Assembly: GCA_964270895.1 (NCBI GenBank)
Contig: OZ185437.1
Length of the DNA stretch: 64,000 bases
From: Podarcis filfolensis
Taxonomy: Eukaryota
Direction: 5' to 3' (one strand)
The number at the start of each line of letters is the position of its first letter. Within the stretch, counting starts at the first letter, position 1. This document shows, one piece after another, positions 36,816-50,503 of this stretch. The position numbers and the translations under genes were made by a program. The notes below the pieces were generated by a model, which did not search any database, was not told the origin of the DNA, and saw nothing but the letters and a program-made list of their open reading frames with translations.

Positions 36816-37052
36816 CAGTGGTCCCTTGGTTCTCGAACTTAATCCTTTCTGGGAGTCTGTTCGACTCCTGAAACTGAAAACCAAGACACGGCTTTGATTG
36901 GCTGCAGGAACTTCCTGCAATCAAGCAGAAGCCATGTCGGATGTTCAGCTTCCAAAAAACTTTAACAAACCGGAACACTTGCTGCCAGGTTTGCGATGTT
37001 CAGGAGTTGATTTGTTTGGGAGCCAAGCTGTTCAAAAACCAAGGTACATCTG
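36816..37052. mobile_element. Older Tc1/mariner-type MITE
   Basis: Degenerate termini CAGTGGTCCCTTGG / CCAAGGTACATCTG. Confidence 0.7.
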
Positions 37053-40000
37053 TGATCTGATTAGCCAATCAAGGAAGAGACAAAAGTCATAAAAGTCATT
37101 GAGAGTGAATCCAGCAGAACAGCACACAAAATGAATGAATAAATGAAGCATATGATAAATCTGACTAAGTCAAAATGTGCTTACAATGTTGTTTCCAGTT
37201 GTCTGGAGTTATTATATCCATGCCAGATGCCTCAGGGTTTGTCATCATCACAGTTTTTGTTCTGCTAGCCCCTAGATCTCAAATGAAAAAGGAGACATCA
37301 TAACATAACCTCATCCATTTCCTCATCTCTTTTGCATTTCTTTAGGACATTGTATTCAGATAGAGGTTGCCAAATCAAAACTTCGCATAGAATGAATGCC
37401 TTGAAGTTATAGTACCTGTTCTAGATCAAGGGAGGGCTACCTTTAGTCTTATTTGATCTACACTTTCTTTTATTTTTTTAGTGGCATCTCCATGGTCCAC
37501 CAACCACCCTTCCCTGGTAGTACAAATACAATTGTTGTTGTTACTCAATTTGTTGCCCTTTCATAACACCCCAAACCAGCTGCCTCAGGCAGCTGCTTCA
37601 CCCTGCCTTATGTATTTCTGACTGGTGGTGGTATAAATTTCATTTATTACATGTTGCATGTTTTGATTTAAATATGGGGTAATAATTGCTTCTTGTCTCA
37701 ACTAGATGTGACATTGGAAAATCTGTGATCACATCTTTCACAGATTCCCTTGCTGGGATCAAATCAAGGCCATGATTCTGTGGGAGATTCCTCCAACTCT
37801 CTCTCTTGTGCTGGTTTCCTGATCTGAATTGCCACCATATGAGCACCTGAAGTAGTTTTGTATCTGTAGGAGAATTGAGTCTGAGAAAATTTACCAGGAG
37901 GAAATTGTTGACCTGTAAAGCCATGGTGCTATTCTAATTCAGGCCCCATCCCCAGCCACTTTTACCATGGGTGCGGGGACTGTGGAAGACCTGATTTCAG
38001 ATCTCTCTCCACTGTTCTGTGTGTGGCTCTGAGTGGCAAACTTTCATTTATGCATCGCCACAGCTAGATACTTGAGCCTAGTGCACGTCTGATTCTTTCC
38101 AGCAGAGGGCTGTAGTTTCTCGGAAGAGAACAAAAGGAGCTAAGTAAGTAAAGGAGTTAAAATTAAATTACAGTACTTAGTCTGCACTATTTGATAAACA
38201 ATAATAATAATCTCCTGCGCCAAGAGAAAATATTTGAAATACAAACTTCTGAACTATTAGCAATCCAACATTCAAGTCCTAAAGACATCACCTGAATATA
38301 AGTCCTAATTTCAACAACCTTTCCTTCCAGACAAATTTGCTTAAAAGACTGAGGTTCAATGGCTCAGAACTGCAATCATTCAGAGACCCTGAGATCATCC
38401 TCTGAGGTACCGGTAGTTCTTTGTGTGCCTCTTCCACAAGAGGTCGGAAACACAAAAACAGGCCTTTTCTGCAGTGGCTTCCCGTTTGTGGAATGCTCGC
38501 CCGAGGGAGGTTCAGCTGACGCCTTCATTATATACCTCTGGGCATTAGCCAAAAACTTTCCTCTTCCAGTCCTTCGGCTGATTAACATTAGCTGCCCTTT
38601 TAAATGTGTTGTGCGAGGGTGGATTATTGGTTTGTGTTTGTTTTTATTATGTACTTTGTGGTTTTTATATTGTAATATTTTGTTGTGAACTACCCTGAGA
38701 TCTACAAATGAGGGCACCATACAAATTTAACAAATACAGTAATAGTAATAATACCTCATACCTCAATTTTGAAATGTTTCTGAAATTTACAGGAAATGTG
38801 TTTATGATTTGAGCTCCAGGCTCTCAACTTACGCAGATTTACATGGAACAAAGTTCCACTGAAATCCATAAAACTCATTGCCTAGTAAATGTATTTAGAA
38901 TTGTGGGGCAAGTCAGTGGGAATACAGTGGAGTATATGGTTTACACATGGAGTATATCCACATTCCTACATCCTGACTCAGAAAGCATACCTTGAGCATC
39001 GGAGGAGACTTTTGCATGCAATGTCTTTGTGCTTTTGGAAATTATATGCATAAATTGGGTTGGGTGTAGATGCACATCGAGACATAAGGTTTCCAATGTA
39101 GTGCTCACTCATACTGAGCGTGTGGTGTGGGATGCACATTTTCAACTATCTTGTAATGCATATGGGAAGCTGCTTTGCGATCTGCTCCCTCATTGAAGAA
39201 CAGAAGTTGAAAACACATTTGCAAAATGCAAATAACATTGATGCACTAATCAAGAGCCCTGTTTTCATGCTAGCTTCACCCATAACTTGCATGTCTTTAG
39301 CAGAAGCTGATAACAGGTTCTGCATGAGTACATTTGCATGTGCCCAGGGGCCTTGAGTAAATCAGAGACAGAAAGATATTGAGTGGAAAGAAGTGACCAT
39401 TTTAAACAGCAGCAGTGGTTTGAATAAAGCAGGGATGGAATAACAATGTGAGGGGGAAAGTGCTGGTTTAAAACAATGATGGAAGTTTGAGTAGAGCGTA
39501 GGGATTGACCTGAGTGGAGAAAACTGGAAGTTTAAAACAAGGTTTCAGTAACGTGAGAAGGGAGTTTGGAAAGGCTATGTTGTGCGATTGGATGCTGTGA
39601 GCAAAGGGAACAGACTGAGATAACTTTGTAATGCATCATCCTCTGCTTTATCTTAGTGTGCCCAATTTGAACTGTTTGTCTTTCTTCTTTTCTGAGTCTG
39701 CTAGCAATCAGAATCTGTGTATGAGGGAAGCAGAGAGCCTGAGGGCATCGTGATTGGGCTGAGCTGCTATTCATACTGCCTGCAATAACAATCAGTTACT
39801 CACGCTGTTATAGCCCTAGGACAGTATGCCACCCCACTGTGGAGTTTGTTTTGTGACACCCTTCCCTCCAGATTAAGTTTATGGAGTTCATGTTACTAGT
39901 ATTCTGAAAAATTGAAGTAAAAATGGCAAGAATACACCGGTGCTAATTTTCACGCGGCCCCTCTACATGTGTGAGCCCTGGGTCAGTTGCCCCAGCTACT

Positions 40001-41079
40001 CGCTCTTTAAAAAGTGTCTGATCTATGTATTTAAAAGCCCGAAGAAGAGGTTGTTGCAAGGCTCACACTAGATAAATGCCTCATACAAGATTGCGGAAGG
40101 AACTGTGGCATCCATTATCCATCTGGTAGGAGCTGGAAGTAGCAGGTAAGCTGCTAGAAGTTGTTCCCAGTCTGCAGAATAATTTTAACTGATACGCATT
40201 AAAAACCCCCCAAAATTTGTTACTCACAAAATATACCCGGAGAGGTGAAACATGTTTCAGTTTTGGTATACAAGTTCTACTGAAATCATGCAACTAGAAA
40301 AGTAATCCAGACATTATTTTGAAAATATTCTCTCTCTTCAGTCACAGTGGGTAAGCCTCCACATTATTTATTAACAGTATTTATAGGGCACCTTATAACA
40401 TAATTCCCAAAGGTAACTAGAAATAAAGCAAACCAGAATGAAAACAAATTAATGTACAATACAGCATAAAAAAAACACAAGCCTCGAAGGGTACAACCTA
40501 AAGTTAAAAGATGTGGGAATATATATACATACAGTAAAGGTATTCATCTGACAGTTAAACAACACCAAAGTCAGTGGCCAGGCAAGCCCCTGTGGAGAGG
40601 GCATTAATAACTTATTAAAAGCGATGAGCTGGCACTTTTATGATGCGTAAAGTAAGCAGATGATTTGGGCAACCCACCTGTGACTGATGCATGTGCACAT
40701 TGTGTGCCCAATACGACATGGGCTATGGAACCTAACTCTTGTTTGTTTTGATGGCTAGGCTGCCACGATGGTACATTGCAAAAAAGGGGGGGCACTGTGT
40801 AAATTTGGCCGGGGTGGGGGGTTGGCAAAATGGAGGGGATCCGTTAACAGGGCATGTAATCCAGAGCCTGAGGTAAGATTTAGAACAGCGCTTCTCTCTT
40901 TCTGCCTTCCCTGGCACATTCTGTACCCACAGACATCACCCTCTGCGAGGGAAACACCCTTCTCTCGCCTATCCAACCTGTGACTCAGCTGAGGCCGTCC
41001 TCGGATTTCTTTCCACTGAGCAACCCACCCACAGCTTCGCCCAACTCCTTCCCTCTAGTGCCTGCTTCACAAGGGTGTG

Positions 41080-41720
41080 GGCCTGTCTGAAACGGTCGCC
41101 CTCATAGCCCCCCACAAACGTTGCCCGAGGGAGCTCGCGGACAAAAAGACCCTACCCACCCACCGACCCACGCCTCACAAGCTGCCGCGGGGGTGGCGGC
41201 GGCTGCGGTGCGGCGATGCCCGCACGCGGCCTTGCTCCTGCCCCGCGGCGGCCGAGGGTGGGGATGCCCTGTGGGCGTGAAGGGCGGGCGGGGTGGAGCC
41301 AGACGCTCGGGGGAGAGAAGCTGCCGCCTCCGCTTTTCCACAAGGAGCGCCTTTCACTGCCCGAGCAAGGCGCCCTCCTCCCTGCCGCCGCCGCCGCCGC
41401 TGAAAGGATAGGCAAACGCTGCGCGGGGAAGGAGGAGAAGACGAGGGAGAAGGCGAAAGAGGCGCGAAGCGGCATCTTCAGGCAAAGCGGCCCATTCCCG
41501 CCGCAGGATGCTGCGGTTGCCGGACGCCGCTCCCGCGGCTCGCAGGGGCGCTCGGCTGCCCGCCGCCGTTGGGCTCACTTTGTGCCTCCTCTGGGCAACT
41601 TCGTGGGCCGAAGCTGCTGGGTAGGAACTGGAAGTGGGTGGGGAGAAGATGGACGGGGTGGGTGGGAAAGGCTTGCAGAAATAAGGGAAACGGTTAGTGC
41701 CCGCTCGCCTCCTCCTGCCC
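41080..41720. promoter_or_regulatory. CpG island / CD109 promoter and 5' UTR
   Basis: GC- and CpG-rich block around the CD109 ATG with GC boxes and a short (GCC)n run near 41385-41400. Boundaries are approximate. Confidence 0.8.
41508..41620 (+). CDS. CD109: CD109 exon 1, signal peptide (MLRLPDAAPAARRGARLPAAVGLTLCLLWATSWAEAAG)
   Basis: ATG in caggATGc inside a CpG island, hydrophobic core, donor GG|gtagga in phase 2 matching exon 2. Confidence 0.85.
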
Positions 41721-42548
41721 TGTCCTGCACAGAAGGCCAGATTTTGCACTCATGGGGATTTCAGAATCGGGAGCCGAGGCAAATCTTGCAAGAGTGCCGA
41801 GTGTCAGACTGCAGATCACCCACAGCCCAGTTGCACACTCAGTAGTTTTTTTTTTTGGGGGGGGGGTCAAACCACCTACTTTGCCCGCAGCTCCTCAGTT
41901 CATAATTGCGGGGGCAATTCTTATGGGGTCCATTGGGGCTTACTCCCAGGTAAGCTAGTATAGGATTCTAGCCTGTCACTACAAGAGCAGAAGATCACTT
42001 TGCCTGAATGCACTTTCTATGAAAACTGAAAGGATGCATGTGGAGTCAGGTCTGAGAAAGATGATGATTAGGGGGTTATTACACTATTTTACCTACCGGT
42101 GGGCGGGCAAAGTTTCTTATATTACCATACTTTCCCTTTCTTATATTACCATACTTTTTGAGCACAGTATTTTTTTCTCCTCCTATACTTGTGAGGCTTC
42201 CGGAGCTTTATTTAGCAGTAATTTTCCACCAGTTAGGACTTGTATTCTCCCCCCCGCCCCCACCTTGCAACTTGGCTGAATCCACATATGAATCAGGCCA
42301 GAGATTATTTAGGAAGCTGGCACATACGGAGTCAGACCATTGGCCCACCTAGTGCAGTATAGTCCATACTGACTGGCAGAGGATCTACAGAGTTTCAGAT
42401 GGGACACACTACCTGGAGAAGTCAAAGATTGAATCAGGAACCATCTACATGCAAAGGAGAAGCTTTGCCACTGAGTTGCAGCCTTGATGTTGGAGTAGTG
42501 AAAGGAGTATCAGGCCATGAGTGTAATCTGTTTTGTCCCTTCTTTTAG

Positions 42549-42709
42549 GCCCACATACCTGTTGGCAGCTCTTAAGAGCATCAGGCCTGGAGCAAATTTG
42601 ACTATTGGAGTAGCTATGCTGAAAAAGAGCCCACAAAAGGTTACAGTAAAAGCTGAAGTGGTCTATGCAAATAACACTGTACTACGTGGGGAAGCTGTCT
42701 TTAAAAGAG
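42549..42709 (+). CDS. CD109: CD109 exon 2 (PTYLLAALKSIRPGANLTIGVAMLKKSPQKVTVKAEVVYANNTVLRGEAVFKR)
   Basis: Acceptor ttttag|G, donor G|gtgaga. Similar to recalled human PRFLVTAPGIIRPGGNVTIGV. Confidence 0.93.
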
Positions 42710-44480
42710 GTGAGATAACTTTATTGGCCTAAAAATAATGATGCATATTCTGTCTGTTGTACTTTTTGATTGCAAGAAAGCCCCGAGGGTGGCTATACAG
42801 AAGTAAGCACTCTGTTAAATGGGGTTTGCTTCCCAGCAAGTGGGTTTAGAATTTTAGCCTTAATAAGGGAATTTAAGACTATCATTGGTGAGCTGAATTC
42901 GGAACAGATATATTATCTGCTTTATGCAGAAGTTCCGCAGGGGGGAAATAAGTATGATGAGCTACATAGATTTAAATGTGAGATTATTTGCTGAACTGTG
43001 GTTTAAATGTACTGTATAACCATTCATGTGCTATGTTTACTTCACCTTTGACTGTGGTTGCCATTTCTCCCCTGAATCTGCCCCTCTGCCACCTCATTTT
43101 TAAAATGTAATCCTGAGTGAGATCATTTTTACACTGTTTCTGCTTTGGAGAGACCTATGTACTCATGAAAAGAGTTTTGTTTTAGTTTGTACTGTTTTAC
43201 TGTTAAGAGAAAGAGCAGGTAGGAGCTCTTCCAATTCTGTCAAGGAAGCGGAAAATAGAGTTGAGGAGCTTGGTCATAAATGATTCAGAATTCACCTTTT
43301 TGATGTGGTACGGAGACTTCACTTCTGTTGGATCTACTTTGGTTTCCCCCCCTAGAATCTCAGGATTATATAGACTATCAGTCAGAGCCAGCTGCAAAAT
43401 ACACGTGATTATAATGGAAGAGCAAGATGCCTCTGAGCATATTCTGAGCCTCAAAAATAGTTTTTAGTACCAGAACTCAACTGAGTTCGCAGTCTGCACA
43501 GACATGCTCTGTGTTTATTCTGAGGTAGGAGCCCAGGAATGGTTGCTGTGTTTTTCAGGAGCATTTTTAAGAGCCCTGCAGGTCACTGGGTTAACATCAC
43601 AAAACATCTGAAATGCTGCCATAGCATGCCTATTGCACTGTTCTTTTCTAAGTTTCTTTCAGTAGCATGATGTATATTTATCACATTTTGTTTTGTCATT
43701 GCTTCAGAAAGCTCAGGTTATCCCATTTTTATATTCACAATCTTTAAAGGACACATTTAAGGTTTAAAAAAACCCCTCTCTCAAAACAACTTACAAAAAA
43801 GTGCAACATGATACAGCTATGTAAATAAAATCAGTAAGAATAAAAAGTAATAATGCAATAACGTATCAGCCCCTAAAATGCTAAAATAAAGTACCTGACT
43901 ACAACCAAATCAGTTAATAGAATAAAGTAGCTCTGGAAAACTCATTTGAAAGCTAATGAACCTTTAAGGCTTTCATGAGCATCTGAAGTGATGGAACTTG
44001 TTACGAGTGAATGTAGCAATGTGCCCCAGAGATGTTGGGCCATTGTAGAAAAGGCTCTCTCCCTGAAAAAAGCCAGTTCTGAAAGAAAATTACTATCCTT
44101 ATAACAATCTTGAGGGATAGTGACTGCCCAAAGCGAACTAGTGAACTAAGCAAGGATTTCAACCCCATAGGCAGGATTCAGTTATTGAGCATTACCAGTG
44201 GAAGCTCATGCAAAGACTTTCATTAGTGTAACAGGACTTTCTCCCCTCTCCCACCACATGTGTCCTCTGCTCCTCCAATTGGCTCATGGGGGTAGTGTTG
44301 GGAGAACCTTTTCCCCAGGTCTCTCAAGTCAAAGTCTGGCGCTGTGTCAACAACACTTCAGTGTCTGTCTTCCACATATTTTTATTTATTTCATTTCATT
44401 TCATTTCCAAACCACCTTTCATCTGAAGGTCACACAGTGGTTTACAAAATAAAAACACATGAAATATATAAAAACACATA

Positions 44481-44721
44481 CAATGGTACCTTGGTTTAAG
44501 AACAGCTTAGTTTATGAACAATTTGGATTAAGAATGCTGCAAACCCAGACGTACCATAGGTGTTTTGGTTTGTGAATTTTGCCTTGGAATAAGAACATGT
44601 TTCGCTTCCTATTGAGTGTGTTCCATTTTTAAATTGAGTCCCCCGCTGCTATGGGAAAGCAAGCCTTGGTTTAAGAACGGACTTCCAGAATGGATTAAGT
44701 TCGTAAACCAAGGTACCACTG
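44481..44721. mobile_element. Tc1/mariner-type MITE
   Basis: Termini CAATGGTACCTTGG / CCAAGGTACCACTG, TA flanks. Confidence 0.82.
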
Positions 44722-45106
44722 TATATAGACTGGAGTGGGATAGCTGTGCTGCTGTTTCCCTTAAAAAGTGCACATTGGTGTGTTGTAGAGCATGAAAGGA
44801 TGTCTTGTAAGCAAGAAAGGGTGAGTCTTACAGGTTATTTTTTCCTCAATAAATCCTGAACAAAATTGCACTTACAGTGCAATTCTATGCATGCTTACTG
44901 AGAAGGACACTAGGTTATGTCCAGTGGGCATTACTACCCATGGTTAGAGACATAAGCTGATGCTGGAGAGTGTAAATGCAAGAAGCAGCATAAAGCTAAC
45001 AAAGTGGTGGGCATTTCTGAAAGGGAAAGTGGATGTCCACTTTTGTGTTGTTTAAGACTAGATAATGGCATAGCAGAAGAGCACTAAGCCTCAAAAGCAC
45101 TGAAAA

Positions 45107-45150
<44 letters not shown>
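45107..45150. repeat. (TG)n microsatellite
   Basis: Read directly from the sequence. Confidence 0.95.
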
Positions 45151-45155
<5 letters not shown>

Positions 45156-46214
45156 TATTGCTAGTTGCAATGTAAAATCAATGTCTGTGCCACTCATACT
45201 GTCACTTAGCATTCTGCAATTATGTGTTTTGCTGGGGAAGGTATCACATTTTGCAGATACACAGTGTTGTCATCTTGGTGTGGTGAAATGTGATGAAAGA
45301 ACAACTCTTGAGGAAAGGCATGGGGGCTGTGGACAACAAATGAATAACTATTTTGTGCATTCCTAATAAACCAATACCAACCATGCAGAAAGGCCCTTAT
45401 TAGTATTAGTAGCAGCATTCTCTACACAGCCACATTTGGCCACAGGAGGCAACTGCATACCATTTGGGACTTTCTCCTGGGAAATATCCTATATATTTGG
45501 ATATCAAGTTGGCTTTATAGCAGAGCTGTGTTTTTAAAGTAGATATAAAGCAGATCTTGTGCATGCTAATTTCCTAGCTTTATTGGGCAGGGAAGAGCTG
45601 TAGCTCAGTGATCTGTTTTGCAGGCAGAAGTTCTTACATTCAATCCCCAGTACCTCCAAGGAGAGCCACTGCCAGTCAGTTTAGAAAAAACTGACCTACC
45701 GGTAGATGGACCAGTGGCCTGACTCTGTATAAGTCAGCTTCCTCTGTACTGTAAAAAAAATAAGGATTAATTCACATGTTTACTTGTGACCCTCTTTGCC
45801 TAGTAGACACCTGCATTTAACATGTGAGACAGATGTTTCAGAGGCCATCTATAAATCCTATTGTGCAATATTCTCTCTTCCCACCCTTTCTTGAGTGGGT
45901 AGAGTCATGTCATTGGGTCTTGGTGGAGCACCATGCTCACACTTTCCCTTAGGTGAATGTGGAAATGTGGCACTGAGTCACTTGCTCTTCTATGAAAAAA
46001 AGATAATTAAACAGGTCAGTGGATGAATCCGCCCATATATTCAATATGATCTCAGAACTAGTAAAGACATACAGACTAGATTTCAGCTGTTTTTATTAGC
46101 TTCTTTGTTTTCAGCAACAAGGGAGCTATATTGTTTCATTGCTGTTATCCCTCATTTGGAAAGCTGAAGCAATATTGCTCAAATACAGATTGCCAAGAGA
46201 AGACACCCTAAGGC

Positions 46215-46435
46215 ACTGAAAATAACTTGTAGATAGCACCTGGGAGACCAGGGTTCAAGTCCCCGCTTGACCATGACTCTCACTGGGTGACTTTGGGCCA
46301 GACACTGTCTCTCAACCTAACCTACCTCACAGGGTTGTTGTGGGGATTAAATGAGGGAGAGAACCATGCATACCACATCGAACTCCTTAGAGAAGTAGGT
46401 GGGATATAAGTGCAATAAACAAGTAAATAAATTAT
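46215..46435 (+). mobile_element. Squam3-like SINE, degraded
   Basis: CTGGGAGACCAGGGTTCAAGTCCCC, GGGTGACTTTGGGCCAG, CCTACCTCACAGGGTTGTTGTG, (TAAA)n tail. Confidence 0.65.
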
Positions 46436-48509
46436 GACATGTTCACTTTAGAAGTGAACTATTTAAATAATTTTGAACTGAGGCCTTCTCATCCTGAATG
46501 GCAAGTCAAGTTTTTATTTTTTTGTAAACCTCTGAGAGGTTTTCTTACAATGATTTTTTCTTTAGTTTTCCTGGTCACCTCCCTCAAACAGCTTCAATTT
46601 CCCTGGTTCTTTTAAAATCACCTTCTGGTAGAATATGGTTTGGCTTGTAGGTGTAGGGTGAGAAAACCACAAGGACAGAAACCATTACTACTAAGCATTT
46701 CTTCTCTAGAAAAGAGACTGAATTGTGTTCTTCCTCCATATTAGACTCTGTGGTATCTCTCCAACAAGCGTTTGGATCTTCAGCTAAACTTTTGATTTTA
46801 GCTCATCTAAAAAGCAACTAACCTCATCATAGACAAACCAAAAGTATGCACGATACTTACCAGTCAGCTTTGTTGTTCAACATTGGCACAGAGCCATATT
46901 CCCTTCTTAGCAGAACTCCTTTAGTAATATGCCCCCATGCTATCAGCTCCTAGGCCAGATCTTCAGCTCTCCTTCCTAAGTCCTTAATCATTCTACTCCA
47001 GCTGACAACAGGTTCTCTCCTTGACCAGCATCAAACCAGGATTTTTATTTACACCAGGCTTTTTATTAATAATCATTTGGGTGATTTTTGATCCCCTTAT
47101 TGGTCTATAATTATGAGCCAATAAGATGAGGTAGAATGCCCATTAACTGACCAATTACAACTGACCACCCTTTTGATGCATTTGATTCTGAATATAAAGT
47201 CAGCAGCCTCCTCAAACATAGCCATCTTCTTGTTGATAATAGACTACAATGACAGTCTGCTGCCTGCTAGTCTGTCTTTGGTAGTCGCTTTGTTTACGGT
47301 TAACCCTTACCTTGTTTGAAATGATATAGCATTCTTATCATAAACTTTACCACATAAACAACATGATTACAGGCCCAAAGTTACCTACTGAGTTTCATGA
47401 CATAGTGGATATTTGGACTCAGGTGTCTCTGGCTCACATGGAACACTTTTGCTAGCATGTACCACTCTGGTTCTGTTTTAGCAATCTTCTCAGCAGCACG
47501 TATCTAAGATTTTTGACTCTTTGATGACATCTCTTTTTTCTTGGTAGCTAATTCTGACATTAGTGTGTTAATCTGAAAAACCACCACCATCATCTTTTAA
47601 ATGCATTGCAAACACAATGCTATGTGCATGCCTCATCCTTAAATAAATCACATTAATATGTATACCTGATTTTAAATATATGCAGAAGTCAAGAGCTATT
47701 ACCAGTAATGAACACCTTAAGACTTAATTTTGAACATTCAGACTTTACATTGGTAATGAAAGTTTTTGCAGATACATGAATTGCTCATCATGCTTTCAAA
47801 TCTAATATTACATCTGAAATGCTGACATAAAAGATCTTACCTTTACAGAATACATACTACGGTATGTGAAATGATGAGCGCTTCCTGTGTGTGCATCAGA
47901 TGTTGTTTTACCAGAATCTGTAGTTTATACTAATAATGTAAAGTCTAAATTGACATGTAACAGTAACAGCTGCTGGGCATTTGGAACTACCTTGCTTCTT
48001 TATTTTCAGTGTTTTTCTTTTATTTTTATAAAAAGGTTGACATATTTTGCTTTGAAATTCAAGACAGTGTTTGGTTTATGCTTTTAAAAGCTCCAGGCTC
48101 TGGACAATTTATTATTAATGATAAGGAATACATGTTTGGGGTTTCTATTTAACTGAATCAATTACTAGGTCTCAAGGATCATAAAGGAAAGACTTTGGTA
48201 GTGTTACTCTCATAGTGAGGCCAACAGAATGCAAGCCTATGCTGGTGTGGCCTGCTTGTGCAGTTTATGAGAACAGTTCTCATGACAGAGGTTGGCAGCC
48301 TTACATTATTGGTGGCTGCTTTGTAATAGAGATTCAAAATGAAAAAGCCAAGGATGCTACAGGTTGGCAAGATTATACTTGGCAGAAGTTTAAAAAACCT
48401 TGCAACGGTTCATATATTTTTCATCTGATGAATTAGAAAGTAGGATTTAACAAAAATCTCATTCATATAAGATGCATTTTAGGTGTGCACCAAGAAATGT
48501 AAAGTATTA

Positions 48510-48751
48510 CAGTGGTACCTTGGGTTACATATGCTTCAGGTTACATACGCTTCAGGTTACAGACTCTGCTAACCCAGAAATAGTGCTTCAGGTTAAGAAC
48601 TTTGCTTCAGGATGAGAACAGAAATCGTTCTCCGGCGGTGCGGCAGCAGCAGGAGGCCCCATTAGCTAAAGTGGTGCTTCAGGTTAAGAACAGTTTCAGG
48701 TTAAGTACGGACCTCCGGAACGAATTAAGTACTTAACCTGAGGTACCACTG
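48510..48751 (+). mobile_element. Tc1/mariner-type MITE, near-identical to 1560-1801
   Basis: TIRs and TA flanks. About 9 differences in 242 nt by manual comparison. Confidence 0.92.
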
Positions 48752-50064
48752 TATTGCAACAAAGAAGCACTTAGAAATCCTGCAAGTATGCTTGGAGCCA
48801 AAGACAATCCCAGCTATGTGTTGAGTACTGTACACTCACTGGCAACCCTGGGGCTGTTGCTGTGTAATGTATGAAATAGTCTAGATGTATCCTCTTTAAT
48901 TCAGTCCTAAGGGGTGAAACTGGCACTTGGCTATATATATTGTTGATGGCTCAATTCGTTTTTATTTTGGAACATTTTCACCTCTTGCCTCTTAAATCTC
49001 AACGTTGTACATTCATTGCCAAATAACAAGAATATAATTATACAATAGTACCCAGAGGTAGGAGAAACTTATAATTTGTGATCTTAAAAAGGGCAAGGCA
49101 GTTTTGTTTAGCAGCCATGAAGAGTTGCTGTTGCAAATATATTGGCATAAAAAAAGTTATGCAAGAGATTCTCTAAATTTTAAAAGTTTTTCTAAAGTGA
49201 TAGTAAAGTGTTAAGGTGCTGACTTGCATCCATCTTCAAAGACTCAGAAGTGATATAATTGCTGCTTAATTGAGTGTAGGGAGAAATCTTGATTCTGAGA
49301 GTAAGGGAGTTTGGGGGAAAAAGAAATCCCAGCCAAAAGTTACTAAACAGATAGAGACTATGCAAATAGCTTTCAAGCTCAGACAAGCTGTGATCATATA
49401 TAAACACTGGAAAAATGTCCATGCCAGCAACTGAGTCCTGCTTGCTTAACAATATAAAGGAGTCAATTTTATATGCCAAGCTAGAAAACACTGATGAATG
49501 CTAAGTTGTTAAATAGCAGCACAGCAAGGACAGGGTTTGATAGTTATGAATCTTATATTATAACATAAACATGCCATTAAGTTTCACTTAAAGCTCTGTT
49601 TTGCCAAGTGACTCATCAGATATTGCTAGTTTCCAGGGTTAGTCCTGGAAAAGTTGAAGCATAATTCTGAGCTAACACATCTCCAGAAATACTTTCATGC
49701 AGTGGATGAATGTAAACCTTTGCATTCCGGTTTCCTTGTTGATCAAAAGAAAAACCAATAGTACAAAACAATAGCAGAGGATTAATCTTCCCAACACTTA
49801 AGATAGAATAGGATAAAATCTAATAGTGTTACTGAATATGCTTTGTTTCCTGATAATGTAAGCACCATTTCTCCTGAAGAAATATAGGAGTGATATTTTT
49901 GTGTGGCAGCCCAAATACTGCTTACGAATTCAGTAACACCCTACCTTGACCCACTGTCATGACTCTCTGTACTTTGTTTGCACAATGTACCATTTTGCTA
50001 GCAGTCTGGAATGGGGGAACAATTTTATTCCCAGAGCAGTGAAAAGGCTTTGATTGTAAAAAAT

Positions 50065-50113
50065 TCTAGTTTTAATAAAAAACCTCTAGTTTTAATAAAA
50101 AACCTCTAGTTTT
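50065..50113. repeat. 20-bp tandem duplication
   Basis: TCTAGTTTTAATAAAAAACC, about 2.4 copies. Confidence 0.85.
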
Positions 50114-50463
50114 TAAAAGTCTGTTATTATTCATGTGAATCTGGTTTTTTTTTGTTTTTGTTTTATATACTTGTAGTTTTAATGGTTGCAAGCTGCTTTG
50201 GATGGGCTTTGCTTGAAAAAGCAGCATATAAATATTTTTTAAACAAATAAATAACAAAAAAAGGGTTGTGCTTATGCCTCCATATGCATGATTACTATTA
50301 TTATTCCTGCCCTTCACCAGCAGTTCATAGGGCAGGTTTCAATTTAAAATTCAGTTTTAAAACAGTTAAAACAAATTGCAATCACATGAATAGGGTGGGT
50401 CCTGAAATACACAATTCTGGTGTCAAAGGCCAGACATGGAAGTTGAAAAAGATTGTTTAAATA

Positions 50464-50465
<2 letters not shown>

Positions 50466-50500
<35 letters not shown>
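50466..50500. repeat. (TG)n microsatellite
   Basis: Read directly from the sequence. Confidence 0.95.

Positions 50501-50503
<3 letters not shown>

Noticed and set aside
41102-41845. Multiple long ORFs on both strands at the CD109 CpG island
   Set aside because: GC-rich artefacts. The real exon 1 (41508-41620) is in a different frame and is confirmed by its signal peptide and splice phase.
46861-47340. Two minus-strand GTAAG donors in CD109 intron 2 suggesting antisense exons
   Set aside because: No clean acceptor or ORF pairing and no recognisable product. Consensus donors occur by chance at this density.
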